DNA of 64,000 nucleotides, from assembly GCF_001194135.2 (NCBI RefSeq), contig NC_069001.1:26501538-26565537 (forward strand), in the 5' to 3' direction. The notes beneath the pieces were generated by a model. That model was not told where the DNA came from, did not search any database, and saw only the letters and a list, made by a program, of their open reading frames with translations. The position numbers were made by a program, and so were the translations under genes. The stretch is from Octopus bimaculoides (taxonomy: Eukaryota). Below are positions 24,124-35,680 of this stretch, in pieces. Position 1 is the first letter of the stretch. The number at the start of each line of letters is the position of its first letter.

Positions 24124-24318
24124 AACACGTGTTTAACATTATTTACATTTGACGGATATTTGTCATCAGCTTGTTTGTTAACTCAACGTTTCGACTGATA
24201 TACCCTCCAGCCTTCATCAGGCGTTTTGGGGAAATTTCGATCCTGGGTTCTCATTCCGCCAGATGTAAATAATATAAATAATGTACATAATTCCTCATCT
24301 CTTCAATATAGAACTGTA
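24124..24318. mobile_element. Penelope-like element pLTR remnant with internal inversion
   Basis: Carries the ACGTTTCG...CCTTCATCAG signature. 24132-24155 is an imperfect inverted repeat of 24256-24278. Confidence 0.7.
24180..24225 (-). ncRNA. Minimal type-I hammerhead ribozyme motif (PLE-associated)
   Basis: The minus strand reads AACGC CUGAUGA A GGCUGG AGGGUAUA UCAGUC GAAA CGU U GAGUU: intact core, 6-bp stem II (two GU pairs), palindromic ACGU stem III, and stem I with 4 of 5 pairs. Confidence 0.65.
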
Positions 24319-26334
24319 CCGCGTTTTGAGTTCAAATTTCGCCGTGGTCGACTTTGCCTTTCATCCTTTCGGGGTTACGCACTGGAGTTAATGTAATCGA
24401 CTTAATCCCTTTGTCTGTCCTTGTTTGTCTCCTCTATTTTTAGCCCCCTGTGGGCAATAAAAAAATATATATTATTTGAAATAAATCTGCTGTATGTATA
24501 ACAGCTCTTGAATTGTTAACACGCTTTTCCTTGAAAAGGAGTAAAAGACTTCGTATTTTGTAGAAAACGCATAGATTCATGTTCTTCTCTAGCAAACCTA
24601 ATCAGATAGATATTATGTAGAAATCAATAAATCTGGTATTCATTTCTATCTCATATTGCGTTATAAGGAAGAGTTTAGAAGCATATCTTAAAAAGTGTAA
24701 GCTCTTCAACAGCTCCCGTGTAGAGATCCCAAACGTTTTAGCACACACCGATACAACCGTTTTCTCCGAAGGTGGTAAAACATTATTATCGTGACAAATA
24801 AATACTCGCATCCACTTCCACTATATTGTAATAGCTTTTTCCCAACATCTGCAACCAATTCACTGTATCTAGTACAGATGTAAGCTTTCTAAGCATCTAT
24901 ATTGTTTCTACTTATACTGTATGTGTTGACTCCTCTCTGATTTGCATCAATCCACAAAACTATAAATATGTCTATGCAACTGCGTTATTGCTGTGTTGTA
25001 ATAGTTACATATTAATTTCCGAAACAATCATTTTCACAAATGCTTTTATGCGTATATGATTACATATAATGAATAGTTTATTTCTTAACATAAATACTGT
25101 GCGCGTATATATATACATACACATATACACAAACACATACGCAGACACAGATATGCATAAGAAGATGGCAGCTTGTAAGTTTGTATATGTAACTGTGTAT
25201 GCAGCTGTGCAGGTGTCTTTATATGTGAGTTAATGTTTTTATAAACATGTGTACAAACATATACATTCGAATAAACGATAGACAATATCGCTGCATAAAT
25301 ATCATAATGGCTCCTTACCAAAAAGTTAGTGAATTAAATATTAAATTATAAAATTTTTAGATTCAATTCAAAAGAAATATTCATTGTTCTAGAGAAATGA
25401 TATTTCCTGAAATCATAGTCAATGATATCAGATATCAATCGGTGCAATTTTCACTCTTATATATTTATTTATTCATTCATTCATTTATTTGTTTGAAAAA
25501 TAAATAAATAATCTTAAAAGTATTTCCACTAACATTTAATAAAATGTGTATAATCTAATTATACTTCATTCAATTGAAATAACTGCATATTATGCATCAG
25601 TTATTTCTTAAGCTTAACTCCACTCAGACGAAATTTGTGTGAACAATATGTGTTTATGTATGTATATGCGGTGCGAGTATTTTTATGCCCGCAAGTGTGT
25701 GTTCGTGCGCGTGAGTCTCTATTCTCTCTCGCACCTATACACACAAACACACACACACACACACACACTCTGACACACATGTATATGTCTGTCTCTCGGT
25801 CAGTCAGTATGTGTGTGAACGTGTCTGCTTTCGTATATGTATCGAGGGTGAGAAAATTTGTAGATAGTTTTCAAAGAATTATTCTATTGAAATATTAGAT
25901 GGATAATTTCCAAAAGCAGATAATTGATTTATTATATACGCAATTAATCAAATTGTGGGCCTTTAGGTTATATAACATACATTTTGTAAATATTACAAAA
26001 ACTATTTGCTTAATTATATATTCGTTAAACGGAGAAGGGAGGAGAATTTCGGGTGGCCATGATGTACATAATCTTCTGCAACCGTTGTATATGTATTGAA
26101 AGTATGAAGGTATTTGATCGCCAACTGATGAGGGAATGTGCCTTTGGGAGCCCGTTGTTAGTGATTGTTTTAAGTTTTCTCCCCCTATATGCTTTTGTGG
26201 TCCTTTTTACCACCTTATTCACTACATACACATACATATAGTATGTGTATAGATACATATATGCATGTGTGCATGATGGGAGAGAGAGAAAGAGAGATAG
26301 TATTGTTTCATACAAATCTACAGCATGAATGACA

Positions 26335-26700
26335 GTGAAAGGAAATTCCGCTAAGTATTTTGTCCGACGAACAAACAATTCTGCACGTTGGCAGCTTAGT
26401 TAATAATATTTCTTCCTGTTATGGCAACAGGCCGTGAGTTTAGTGGGTGGGGCTCAAGTGGTAATTATTTTATCAACCCCAAAATGATGAAAAACAATCG
26501 CGGTGGAGTCCGAACTCGGTACCCAAAGATGAAACGCCGCTAAGAACTTCGTCCACCGTAATAACGATACAGGAAGAATAAATATAATAATGATCATTTC
26601 TTTTATAGGCACAAGGTGTCAGTGGAATTTGAACTCAGAACGTACAGATATAAGAAATGCCGCTAAGAATTTTATCCAGCATTCAACGATACTGCCATAA
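26335..26700 (-). mobile_element. Cluster of SINE family B fragments
   Basis: Repeated CCGCTAAG(T/A)A.TT..TCC and GAACTC(A/G)G motifs at ~26345, ~26510 and ~26630, separated by AAT-rich linkers. Confidence 0.7.
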
Positions 26701-27194
26701 TAGTAATAATAATGTTTTGCCACTACCAAAGGTGTACTAGGCAAAAATATGTCTTGGAATTAAATTACCTTTCTTCTATCGTGAGTCGTTGAAGTAAACG
26801 TTTGTTATGTACTTGATCTATTGCAATCTCCCAGTGCGAGGCACTCAATCAATACTACCAATATTATTGATCTTGTGGCTATATTAACGTTTATTATTGC
26901 AAGCCCGCCAACACTGCTACCGCTACTGCTGCTACTACTGTTAGAACTTCGACAACCAACACCGCTACTACTATTATATTACTACTACTACTACTAGTAG
27001 TAGTAGTAGTAGTTGTGTTGCCTTTATGGGGGTTGATGTTAGAGATCGTGATGGTAGTGTTGGTTTGACGGTAAGGGTGGGGGTGCTGATTGTGGTGGTG
27101 ATAGTATTGGTGGTTGTGATTAATTTGTTTGTATTATTCAGGAACGGCGGGAACAAGACTTTCCTACAGACGAGTACTCATAATGTATTCATAA

Positions 27195-27425
27195 ACCTAG
27201 AACCAATAATCCTTCCTAAAAGAGGCACAGATCCTTAAATCCTTGGTGGGAAAGATTTAGTCGATTATATCGACTCCAGTACTCTACTGGTACTTATTTT
27301 ATCAACCCCGAAAGTAAGAATTGCAAGTTGACCTCTACGGAAATTGAACTTAAAACGTAAAGTCGGCAAAATGCCGTTAAGCATTTTGTCTGGTACAAAA
27401 TCTGGTGATTCTGCCAGCAAACTTG
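27195..27425 (-). mobile_element. SINE family B
   Basis: AGGCACAG...AGTCGATTATATCGACTCCAGT...TGGTACTTATTTTATCAACCCCGAAAG...GATTCTGCCAGC. Confidence 0.85.
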
Positions 27426-28679
27426 TCTGACAGGATTCTTGTGTGTGCAAGTGTTGCGCTTAAACAGCCTTAACTATGAAACAAAATGAATCGCATCATA
27501 GAAATATACTGAAGTTGGTTTGTTCGTTTAAAATCCTTCAAGACGATGCTCCAGCGTGTCTACAATCCAATGACTGCAACAGTAACCAAATCAATGTTGT
27601 TTTAGTTATTCGCAATTTTATAACGATTGTATGTGACTTAGAATAGGCTCAACAGCTATGTGCAGCAGGGAGAAATTCTGAAAGAGAGCGTTTTTTTTTT
27701 GTAAGTGTTCCTCAATTCACCCAAACCGTTTTCGAAAATAAATATTGTATAATGCAACCCGGAGTATACTATGTCTGAAAAGATAAGAAGAACTGCTTAT
27801 CGCTTGTGTAGCTCCTGTCAAAGAACTGCTCAATTTGTGCCAACACATGCATAAACAACAACTTATTAAGCAAGGGCTCCCATGGTGACTAACTTCCTTC
27901 AGTTAGTGTTATCGTTGGTATAACCCGAGTCTTCAAATTGTTTATGATTATATCTTTCAGTTCCCCCCACTCAAGACAGACAACTCTGTTATGTTTAGAC
28001 AACCAGGTAATACACATTTGTAGATTCGCTCAGAAGTGACAAAATGGTTTTCGTAGGTTGTAATCGCTTCGCATTTGTTTCAGGTAATAATGCTTTGTCT
28101 ACCTCTAAATAGTGTGTAACTGCACTGGAATGATTATTCCTGTGTGTTTACGTGTGTAATGGATTCTTTTACGTTATTACATTTATCTATTCTTTACTCG
28201 TCTCAAGTGGTTTACATGTCGCTGTTTAGTAGTTGTGAAAATATTTGACAGCGTCCGTCGAAATATCTCTGCGCATAGAGTAATTCGTTCCAGTGTATTT
28301 GTTCCGCCAAAGGATTTGTAAATGTTGCTCTTGGGAAGATGGAATGGTAATTTATCACGTCGACATCCAAGCAGCATGATAACTTAACATCTATTAAGCT
28401 CCATAGAACATGCTACATAGATAAACACAAACTCGCAGGTGCGAGTGTTAGTATACACACACACACACATATATTTGTACATTAGTTTAGACGTACAGAA
28501 CATACACTGCTTCGTCTATATATTTATGCCGCCACAAATCACCGTATCACACAGAAACATGCATATGTGTATGTATGTGATATTTGTGTGAGCATGTAAA
28601 TAGATATATATTAAAGTTAGCTGATTAAAGTTGTACTTCTTACAAGTGTTTGAAAACTTTGTTAACTAGCTTCTTACAG

Positions 28680-29085
28680 CCAGTATTGCCGAGTTGATCT
28701 CCAAAAACACTAACGGCATTTTGTCCGTCTTTACGTTCTGAGTTCAAATCCTACCGAGGTCGACTTCGCCTTTCATCCTTTCGGGATCGATAAAGTAAGA
28801 CCCAGTCGATCAGTGGGGTCGATGCAATCGAACTACCCACTTCACTATAATTACTGCCCTTGAAATTATTATCATTAATAATAACATTCTGCGAGCTGTC
28901 AGAATCTTTAGCACGCCGGACAAAATGCATATCAGTATTTCATCCGTCTCTAAATTCTGTGTTCAAATCCCTTCAAAGTCGACTTTGATTTTCATCCTTT
29001 CGGGGTCGATTAGATAGATACCAGTTACGCACTGGGGTCGATTAAATCGGTACCCCCAAACTTCAGAACTTGTGCTTCCAGTAGA
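28680..29085 (+). mobile_element. SINE family B head-to-tail dimer
   Basis: Two copies (28680-28865, 28885-29085), each with GAGGTCGACTTCGCCTTTCATCCTTTCGGG or a variant; followed by (AAT)n. Confidence 0.88.
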
Positions 29086-29954
29086 AATAATAATAATAAT
29101 AATAATTATTATTATTATTATTATTATTGCTGCTGTTGTTGTTATTATTATTATATGCAATAATAATTACATAGCAGACAAACATTCTAAGCGCACAAAT
29201 ATATTCTGTTAGGTATAGTTCGTAGCACATGAGTAGGTTTATATGTGTGTCCATGTATATGATTATGTGTATAGGTGCGCGCGCGCGTGTGTGTTTGTAT
29301 GCACAAACACATTACTTCGTAAAACATGAATTGATTTAATTACAAGATATACACCAGTGTATTTGTCTGGTTTGTGCGTATACGTGTGACAGCACTTCAA
29401 ACCACACGCTATACTCTAACACCACACATATACAGACATGTTCTCAGACACATTAAACTCTGTATGCACACAATGTGTATGTCCACCTGTCCTTCTCTCA
29501 GTCTCATTACCCTTTCCCTCTCTCTCTACCCCTCAGTCTCTGTCTCTGCTTCTCTATCTTTCCCTCCCTCCCTGTGACTGTTTGTCACTCTGTCTCTCAC
29601 TTTCCTTCTCTCTCTCTCTCTCTCTTTCTCTTTAGAGAGTAACTTGATCGAATTTATGTTCACTTTCACAGTGGAAATAATTGTTGAAGCTGGAATTGTT
29701 AAAAGTTTAGTAGAGATTACAGTCCCATGAGAAAAAATGGTAGAGCAAGCAAAGAGAGGAAATTAAGACTTGCAATTTACAAATAGTGAAATTGATCTCC
29801 AGAACGGTTAATGAGACGATTCATTTTTAATCATTATTCAAGTATGTTTATTGATCTTTGTAGTGCAGTCAATCATAACGAACGAAGTGAGGAGAGAGAA
29901 TTGGTTTAAACTGTACCCTGGAGTGAACTAGTCGACGTTGTTGTTTTTCTTCTT

Positions 29955-30140
29955 GTTCTTGTTTAACTCTAGGTCACTCCTGACTGAGCAGTCCTATAAA
30001 ATATTTATAGGCCATAACCATACCATCTAATTTTAAGGTACAGTGTATCTTGGACTACATTATGCAATTTATCCTTCCATTTTATTTATTGACTGATTTG
30101 AAGACGGTTCGTTGTGATTTCAGGGAGAATTGCCTACAAT
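29955..30140 (+). repeat. Short interspersed repeat family C (unclassified), diverged
   Basis: GTTTAACTCTAGGTCA..CTGA..GAGCAG.CCTAT...TGTGATTT.AGGGAGA. Related pieces at 11165, 20065, 38715, 40600, 56825 and, inverted, at 57975 and 58195. Confidence 0.5.
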
Positions 30141-30547
30141 TTTTTTTTAATTGAAGTATTAACTTGTTCCTTCTTTGTACTGTTTGATTTTACTTATTTC
30201 TTTCAAACAATTCTTGGTGATAATTAGAAAAAGGAGGAGGGTTTTTCGACATGAAATCTTTAGCGCTTGGAAAGAGTAACCGACTCTCTTTATATCAAAC
30301 ACTACCGACCGAAATGAGGGAAGAATATTAGACAAAGTAAACGTGACAAGATGAGATTCTACAGTTTACCAGTATTCAATTTTATTCACAATACTAGAGA
30401 CGGTTTGGGACTGTGGGAAAATCACAACAAACCATGATTTGATGTGATTTTTGCATTGCTAAATTATATATGTATGCATGTATTTATGAATGTAATGTGA
30501 ACTATTCAATCATTAATTACCTCTAGGTATATTATTATTTATTCGCC

Positions 30548-30750
30548 AAAAGGCGGCGATCTGGCAGTCATTATCACGCAGGGCGCAACGCTTAGTGGTA
30601 ATTCGCCTGTCTTTGCGTGCTGAGTCTAAATAGAACCGAGGACGACTTTCTCGGTCGATAAAATAAGTACTAGCTGAACTCTGGTGTCGATATAATCGAC
30701 TATGTCTCTCCTCCACAATTTCCCTCTGTGTGCTTATAGTAGAAAGAATT
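30548..30750 (+). mobile_element. SINE family B, diverged
   Basis: AAGGCGGCGATCTGGCAG head; TCGGTCGATAAAATAAGTACT...TGGTGTCGATATAATCGACT core. Confidence 0.8.
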
Positions 30751-31469
30751 AACCCATAATCCGCCAGCCCTTATCTCACATACATACGATCGCATACACA
30801 CGAACACGCGTGCGTATACACTTCCAGTGCACAAGCGCTGCTGATTTCAAGCGCTTATGCAGACGTCGACATTAACGTAAATACTTATTTATCCCAGGAG
30901 CAACCCTTAGCAAGCGGACCGGTGAATAAAAGCCTTCCTGTTATGCCCATCATTATATTTTCGAAGAATTAGTGTTCTTGAAATTACGTGTTGTATGAGT
31001 CTATTTTTTAACGGTAGTTGAAGATACGATGAAGATACGTTGAAAGACGGCGTACAAGATTTTCATTAGTACATATGTCATACACAGAATTAAAACACAC
31101 GTACATACGTATTCGTGTGTTGAAAATATAACTTCACTTTCCTTTAAAATATATTAGCTAATTAGCAAAGGCGCATTATTCAAACGCTATTCGGAAACGG
31201 AAGTTATCATTGGGCGGCATAATTAATCAAGTCTTTCTGAATTAATTTATATGTTTATTTCATAAGCTTCTTTTATATCAGTTCCTAAATAAGATGCATT
31301 ATCTGTAAAACAGCGTAGCTATTTAACACTAAACACATTGGGAGTCTCTGTATAGTCTGTCGATATTTTCGAAATAGCAGTCAAATCACACTCAGAATAA
31401 CATTATTATATACACACGCGCGTGCACACACAGGCACACACACAAACAGACACATATAATTCTCGAAGT

Positions 31470-31705
31470 CTTTTAACTAATGCAACCAGATGTTGGGGCG
31501 ACACACTAGAGTCTTTCAATATCAGAAGCGGCCATTGGTCTCTGTTCTCTATCATCTGTAGGAGGTTCACTGCGTTGTGTTGTGTCCAGATATTGATATT
31601 ATCAAACCAAAATTTTCTCTGTCTGCCTCTCAATCCTCCTCCTACATCTGTGCCCAGAAGAATAAATTTTGGACATGGAGTTATAGCGAGATTGTTGATC
31701 GTCCC
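31470..31705 (-). mobile_element. RTE-clade LINE 3' fragment
   Basis: The minus strand gives SRYNSMSK/FILLGTDVGGGLRGRQRKFWFDNINIWT...LLQMIENRDQWPLLILKDSSVSPQH, matching the RTE ORF2 end pattern (SKTILQGTVEGGRRRGRQRKxWxDNIxEWT). One frameshift. Confidence 0.8.
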
Positions 31706-32971
31706 AGGTAAAATTTTATATTTTTGCGTGTGAAAAAATTGTGTTTCGTGTCTGTCAGAAATTTTGTTGAGTTGCTGCCTAACAAGGCTGTTTGTTTTGT
31801 GTTATGTGTGTAGGATGTACTGCAACCTTCTGAAGCACGTACGTGCGTTCAAATACCCGGCTTCTTCATTTCATGTCAGCTGTAAGAATCAGCTTTAATG
31901 CTCAGAGATGGATACTTCTCTACGCATATATATGGATATACACATATATAACTACATATGGACTGTTGGCGAATTTTTTTTCTAACTGTTTCCTTTTCAT
32001 TTGGACGTTACTATGTTTCCTGCTTCAGAAGAAGAGCTTTGCCCGAAACGTAAATGTACCACTCTTTTTTTCCTTCTCTGAGCGTCTTATTGATACAGCA
32101 GCCCCTCGGTTTTCGAACAAATCTGATCTCGAATAAATCATGNNNNNNNNNNNNNNNNNNNNNNNNNNNNNNNNNNNNNNNNNNNNNNNNNNNNNNNNNN
32201 NNNNNNNNNNNNNNNNNNNNNNNNNNNNNNNNNNNNNNNNNNNNNNNNNNNNNNNNNNNNNNNNNNNNNNNNNNNNNNNNNNNNNNNNNNNNNNNNNNNN
32301 NNNNNNNNNNNNNNNNNNNNNNNNNNNNNNNNNNNNNNNNNNNNNNNNNNNNNNNNNNNNNNNNNNNNNNNNNNNNNNNNNNNNNNNNNNNNNNNNNNNN
32401 NNNNNNNNNNNNNNNNNNNNNNNNNNNNNNNNNNNNNNNNNNNNNNNNNNNNNNNNNNNNNNNNNNNNNNNNNNNNNNNNNNNNNNNNNNNNNNNNNNNN
32501 NNNNNNNNNNNNNNNNNNNNNNNNNNNNNNNNNNNNNNNNNNNNNNNNNNNNNNNNNNNNNNNNNNNNNNNNNNNNNNNNNNNNNNNNNNNNNNNNNNNN
32601 NNNNNNNNNNNNNNNNNNNNNNNNNNNNNNNNNNNNNNNNNNNNNNNNNNNNNNNNNNNNNNNNNNNNNNNNNNNNNNNNNNNNNNNNNNNNNNNNNNNN
32701 NNNNNNNNNNNNNNNNNNNNNNNNNNNNNNNNNNNNNNNNNNNNNNNNNNNNNNNNNNNNNNNNNNNNNNNNNNNNNNNNNNNNNNNNNNNNNNNNNNNN
32801 NNNNNNNNNNNNNNNNNNNNNNNNNNNNNNNNNNNNNNNNNNNNNNNNNNNNNNNNNNNNNNNNNNNNNNNNNNNNNNNNNNNNNNNNNNNNNNNNNNNN
32901 NNNNNNNNNNNNNNNNNNNNNTTGATTTTAAGTCACATACAGCCGGATCATACAGTTAAATAATATGCGCA

Positions 32972-33027
<56 letters not shown>

Positions 33028-33619
33028 TATCGGCAGATAAATACATGCATATATGTTTAACTGTTTATAAATGGAGCCGTCATATAAATTCCAACAAATG
33101 GCGACCCTCTATCTATATAGCAGGTCGAGACCCAAACTGTTTTAATATCATACTTGATTAAATGCGTCGCGCCACATAACTTCAGTGTCGATGAACATCA
33201 TTAGCTAGTAACAGGATCCGATAGAATATTCAACCTCGTGCTCCTGTTACATTATACTAACATTTGAAAATATTGATATTATAATGAATTGCGAGGAAAA
33301 AACAAATGATTTCGTCGAAAGACTTGAAGAGAATGTATTCAGGATGTTTGTTCATCTCAAATGTTTTCACCCGCAGCGATGCCACTACGACTAGCTGCTG
33401 TTCATTTGATGTAAAAGAAAACGAATTCATTATCAGATTTTGTAATACGTTAACTTTTGTTTTCCTTGTTGATGATGTTATTGCAGTCGTTTTGGTTTAG
33501 CCAATCTAATGTCAACATTGACCGCATGGTGCTATCATTGACTGATATTTGTGATGTAAGACATCCAGGCTATTATTATCGTTATTATTATTATTATTAT
33601 TGTTGTTGTTGTTATTAAT

Positions 33620-33830
33620 AAGGGGTGAGCTGGCAGAATCGTTAGCACGCCAGACGAAATGGTTAGCGTATTTGGACCGTCGCTAATCTCTGAATTCAAA
33701 TTCCACTGAAGTAGACTTTTCCTTTCGTCCTTTCGCAGTCGATAAATCAAGTACCAGTGAAACACTGGGTCGATGTAACTGACTATCCTCTCCCAAATTT
33801 CAGGCCTTGTCCCCTATAGTAGAAATGGAT
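33620..33830 (+). mobile_element. SINE family B, well-preserved
   Basis: AAGGGGTGAGCTGGCAGAATCGTTAGCACGCCAGACGAAATG...GTCGATAAATCAAGTACCAG...CAGGCCTTGTCCCCTATAGTAGAAA; preceded by (ATT)n. Confidence 0.9.
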
Positions 33831-33885
33831 TCTTATTCTTATTATTATGATTTCTTCTTTCTTTTCAATCATTTCTTAAGTATAG

Positions 33886-34056
33886 GGCACAGGCACCATG
33901 GATATCTGGCTTAAGAAGCTCGGTTTGCAACCACCTGGGTTTGTGTTCAATCCCAGTGTGCTTTTGTGGCCCACCATCCAACTGTCTGGAGCCCGTGCAA
34001 TGTGTGAGAATCTGGAGAAAGTGCCGTATATATGTCTCTTGTGTTACTGCTGTGCA

Positions 34057-34090
<34 letters not shown>

Positions 34091-34310
34091 TGTGTGTATC
34101 TTAGGCCTTCTTCCAACACAACCGATTCACAACCGGTGTTCGTTTTATAATGTCGCTATTACTTGGCTGCTTGGTGGAAAAGCTTGATAGAACATTCAAA
34201 AACTTAGTAGTGTGAGTGGTGTGTTCGAGTAAACCTTCAATGCAGTGCAATGCAGTGCTCAAGCCTGGCCAATATAAAATGATTAAAATAAATAAAAACA
34301 AAAGACAAAT
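33886..34310 (+). mobile_element. Old SINE family A-like copy
   Basis: Degenerate head GGCACAGGC..TGGCTTAAGAAGCT..GTTCAATCCCA, internal (TG)n, and tail ..CCTTCAA..GCAGTGCTC...AAAAGA. Confidence 0.6.
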
Positions 34311-34617
34311 ATTAAAAGATTGTGTTCTACTACTGTCTAATTATACTTTACTTTTTGTAGGGGGTAGGTCGAATTTTCAGATAACGTAGCTGTGCTTTCT
34401 GGTACATCTCTAGACCTCTGTCAGGTTCTGTGTAGGTGGAATTTTCAGTTAGCATGCCTGTACTTTCTGGCACATCGCGGGACCTCATTCCGCTTCTATG
34501 GTTCGTGACTGTAATTGTTAATGCTTTTCTAGTCTGTCAGACGATAGCTGATCGAGGTAATTTACATGCAAAATTCATTTCACTCGAGGTCATCCAATTA
34601 ATGTAGTCCATCTAAAG

Positions 34618-34889
34618 GAGTAGCCCTCAATGGGGTTCATAAAGCCATTAGAGTCAAAATGGCCCTTCTGGATCCATATAAGATTTTGTTCTTAAAATTT
34701 ATTGGCAATAAATTGGTCATATTTCTACGACACGTAAAATATCTTAATTTTTTTCCTACAAATCCTAATAATTTCCAATTCTAAAAATATGACAGAATTT
34801 TTTGAACATCAAATAGCGGCTAATGGAGTCCTTCCGAGAAAAAAACAGAACCAAAGGGATCCATAGGGGTAAATGATCGAGAAATACTG
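34618..34889. mobile_element. hAT (Charlie-like) MITE, decayed
   Basis: Ends GAGTAGCCCTCAA...TCGAGAAATACTG (cf CAGTGGTTCTCAA TIR), flanked by ATCTAAAG and TTCTAAAC, an 8-bp TSD-like pair sharing the core TCTAAA. Confidence 0.5.
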
Positions 34890-35630
34890 TTCTAAACACA
34901 CAATTTTGACTGTTCTATCACAGAATCTGTTGTATGATTTTCAGGTGATGCGGTTGCTATACTTAGCATGTCTAACAGCAACGTAAGGCAAGCTCGCTGT
35001 TGTTGTCATCGTCCTCGTGGTTGCTGTTACATTCTGGTTTATTCTATAAACAACAAATGATTGTGTACTTATAATATAGCATAATGTGATTCTAATAAAA
35101 TTTACCTGCCATTGCTAGCTGTACAAGTAACCACGTACTGTTCTATCACGTTAGCACGTAATGTTGAGCGCAATAAAAGAAGGTTGTGAAATCATTGGAG
35201 AATTTATTAGCATTGATTCGTCTTTCAACATCTAAGACTTCAATGAAGAAATATTAATGTCGGCAATCCTAAAAGATTTCTTTCATTTAGTTATCGATTC
35301 TATTTTCATTGTTGTTGGAATCATGATGGCAAGGTGGAGGTATCCGTTAATACTACAATCAAAATCTCGTACGGTGTTTCGGAGGGTCCCCTTTAATTTA
35401 TGTGTCAACATCATACTACTGCCATCGTCAATTCCCGTTATATTTACTAGTTCTATGGCATAAGGATGAATTAATTAGTGGGATCGCAATAATTGGGAAT
35501 AACACTAATTTGAACAAGTGATTGTATTAGACACTATTAGAATAAATTATATTACTTATGAACAGAAGATTATATGTTTGTATGTGTTCGTGTGCATCCA
35601 TATTTGTGTGTGTGTGTGCGTGCATGCATG

Positions 35631-35680
<50 letters not shown>

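Larger units (their letters stand above)
24060..24465 (+). mobile_element. SINE family B split by a nested insertion at ~24124-24318
   Basis: The head AAGGCGG..GTTAGCATG..CATTTCGTCCGTC stops at 24123. The sequence resumes at ~24320 as CGTTTTGAGTTCAAATTTCGCCGTGGTCGACTTTGCCTTTCATCC. Confidence 0.85.

Noticed and set aside
26125-26131. CTGATGA hammerhead-like box
   Set aside because: No stem II followed by GAAA and no stem I/III partners.
29372-29393. Resemblance to miR-210 (TTGTGCG..CGTGTGACAGC)
   Set aside because: Interrupted by extra bases, in TG-rich sequence, with no hairpin.
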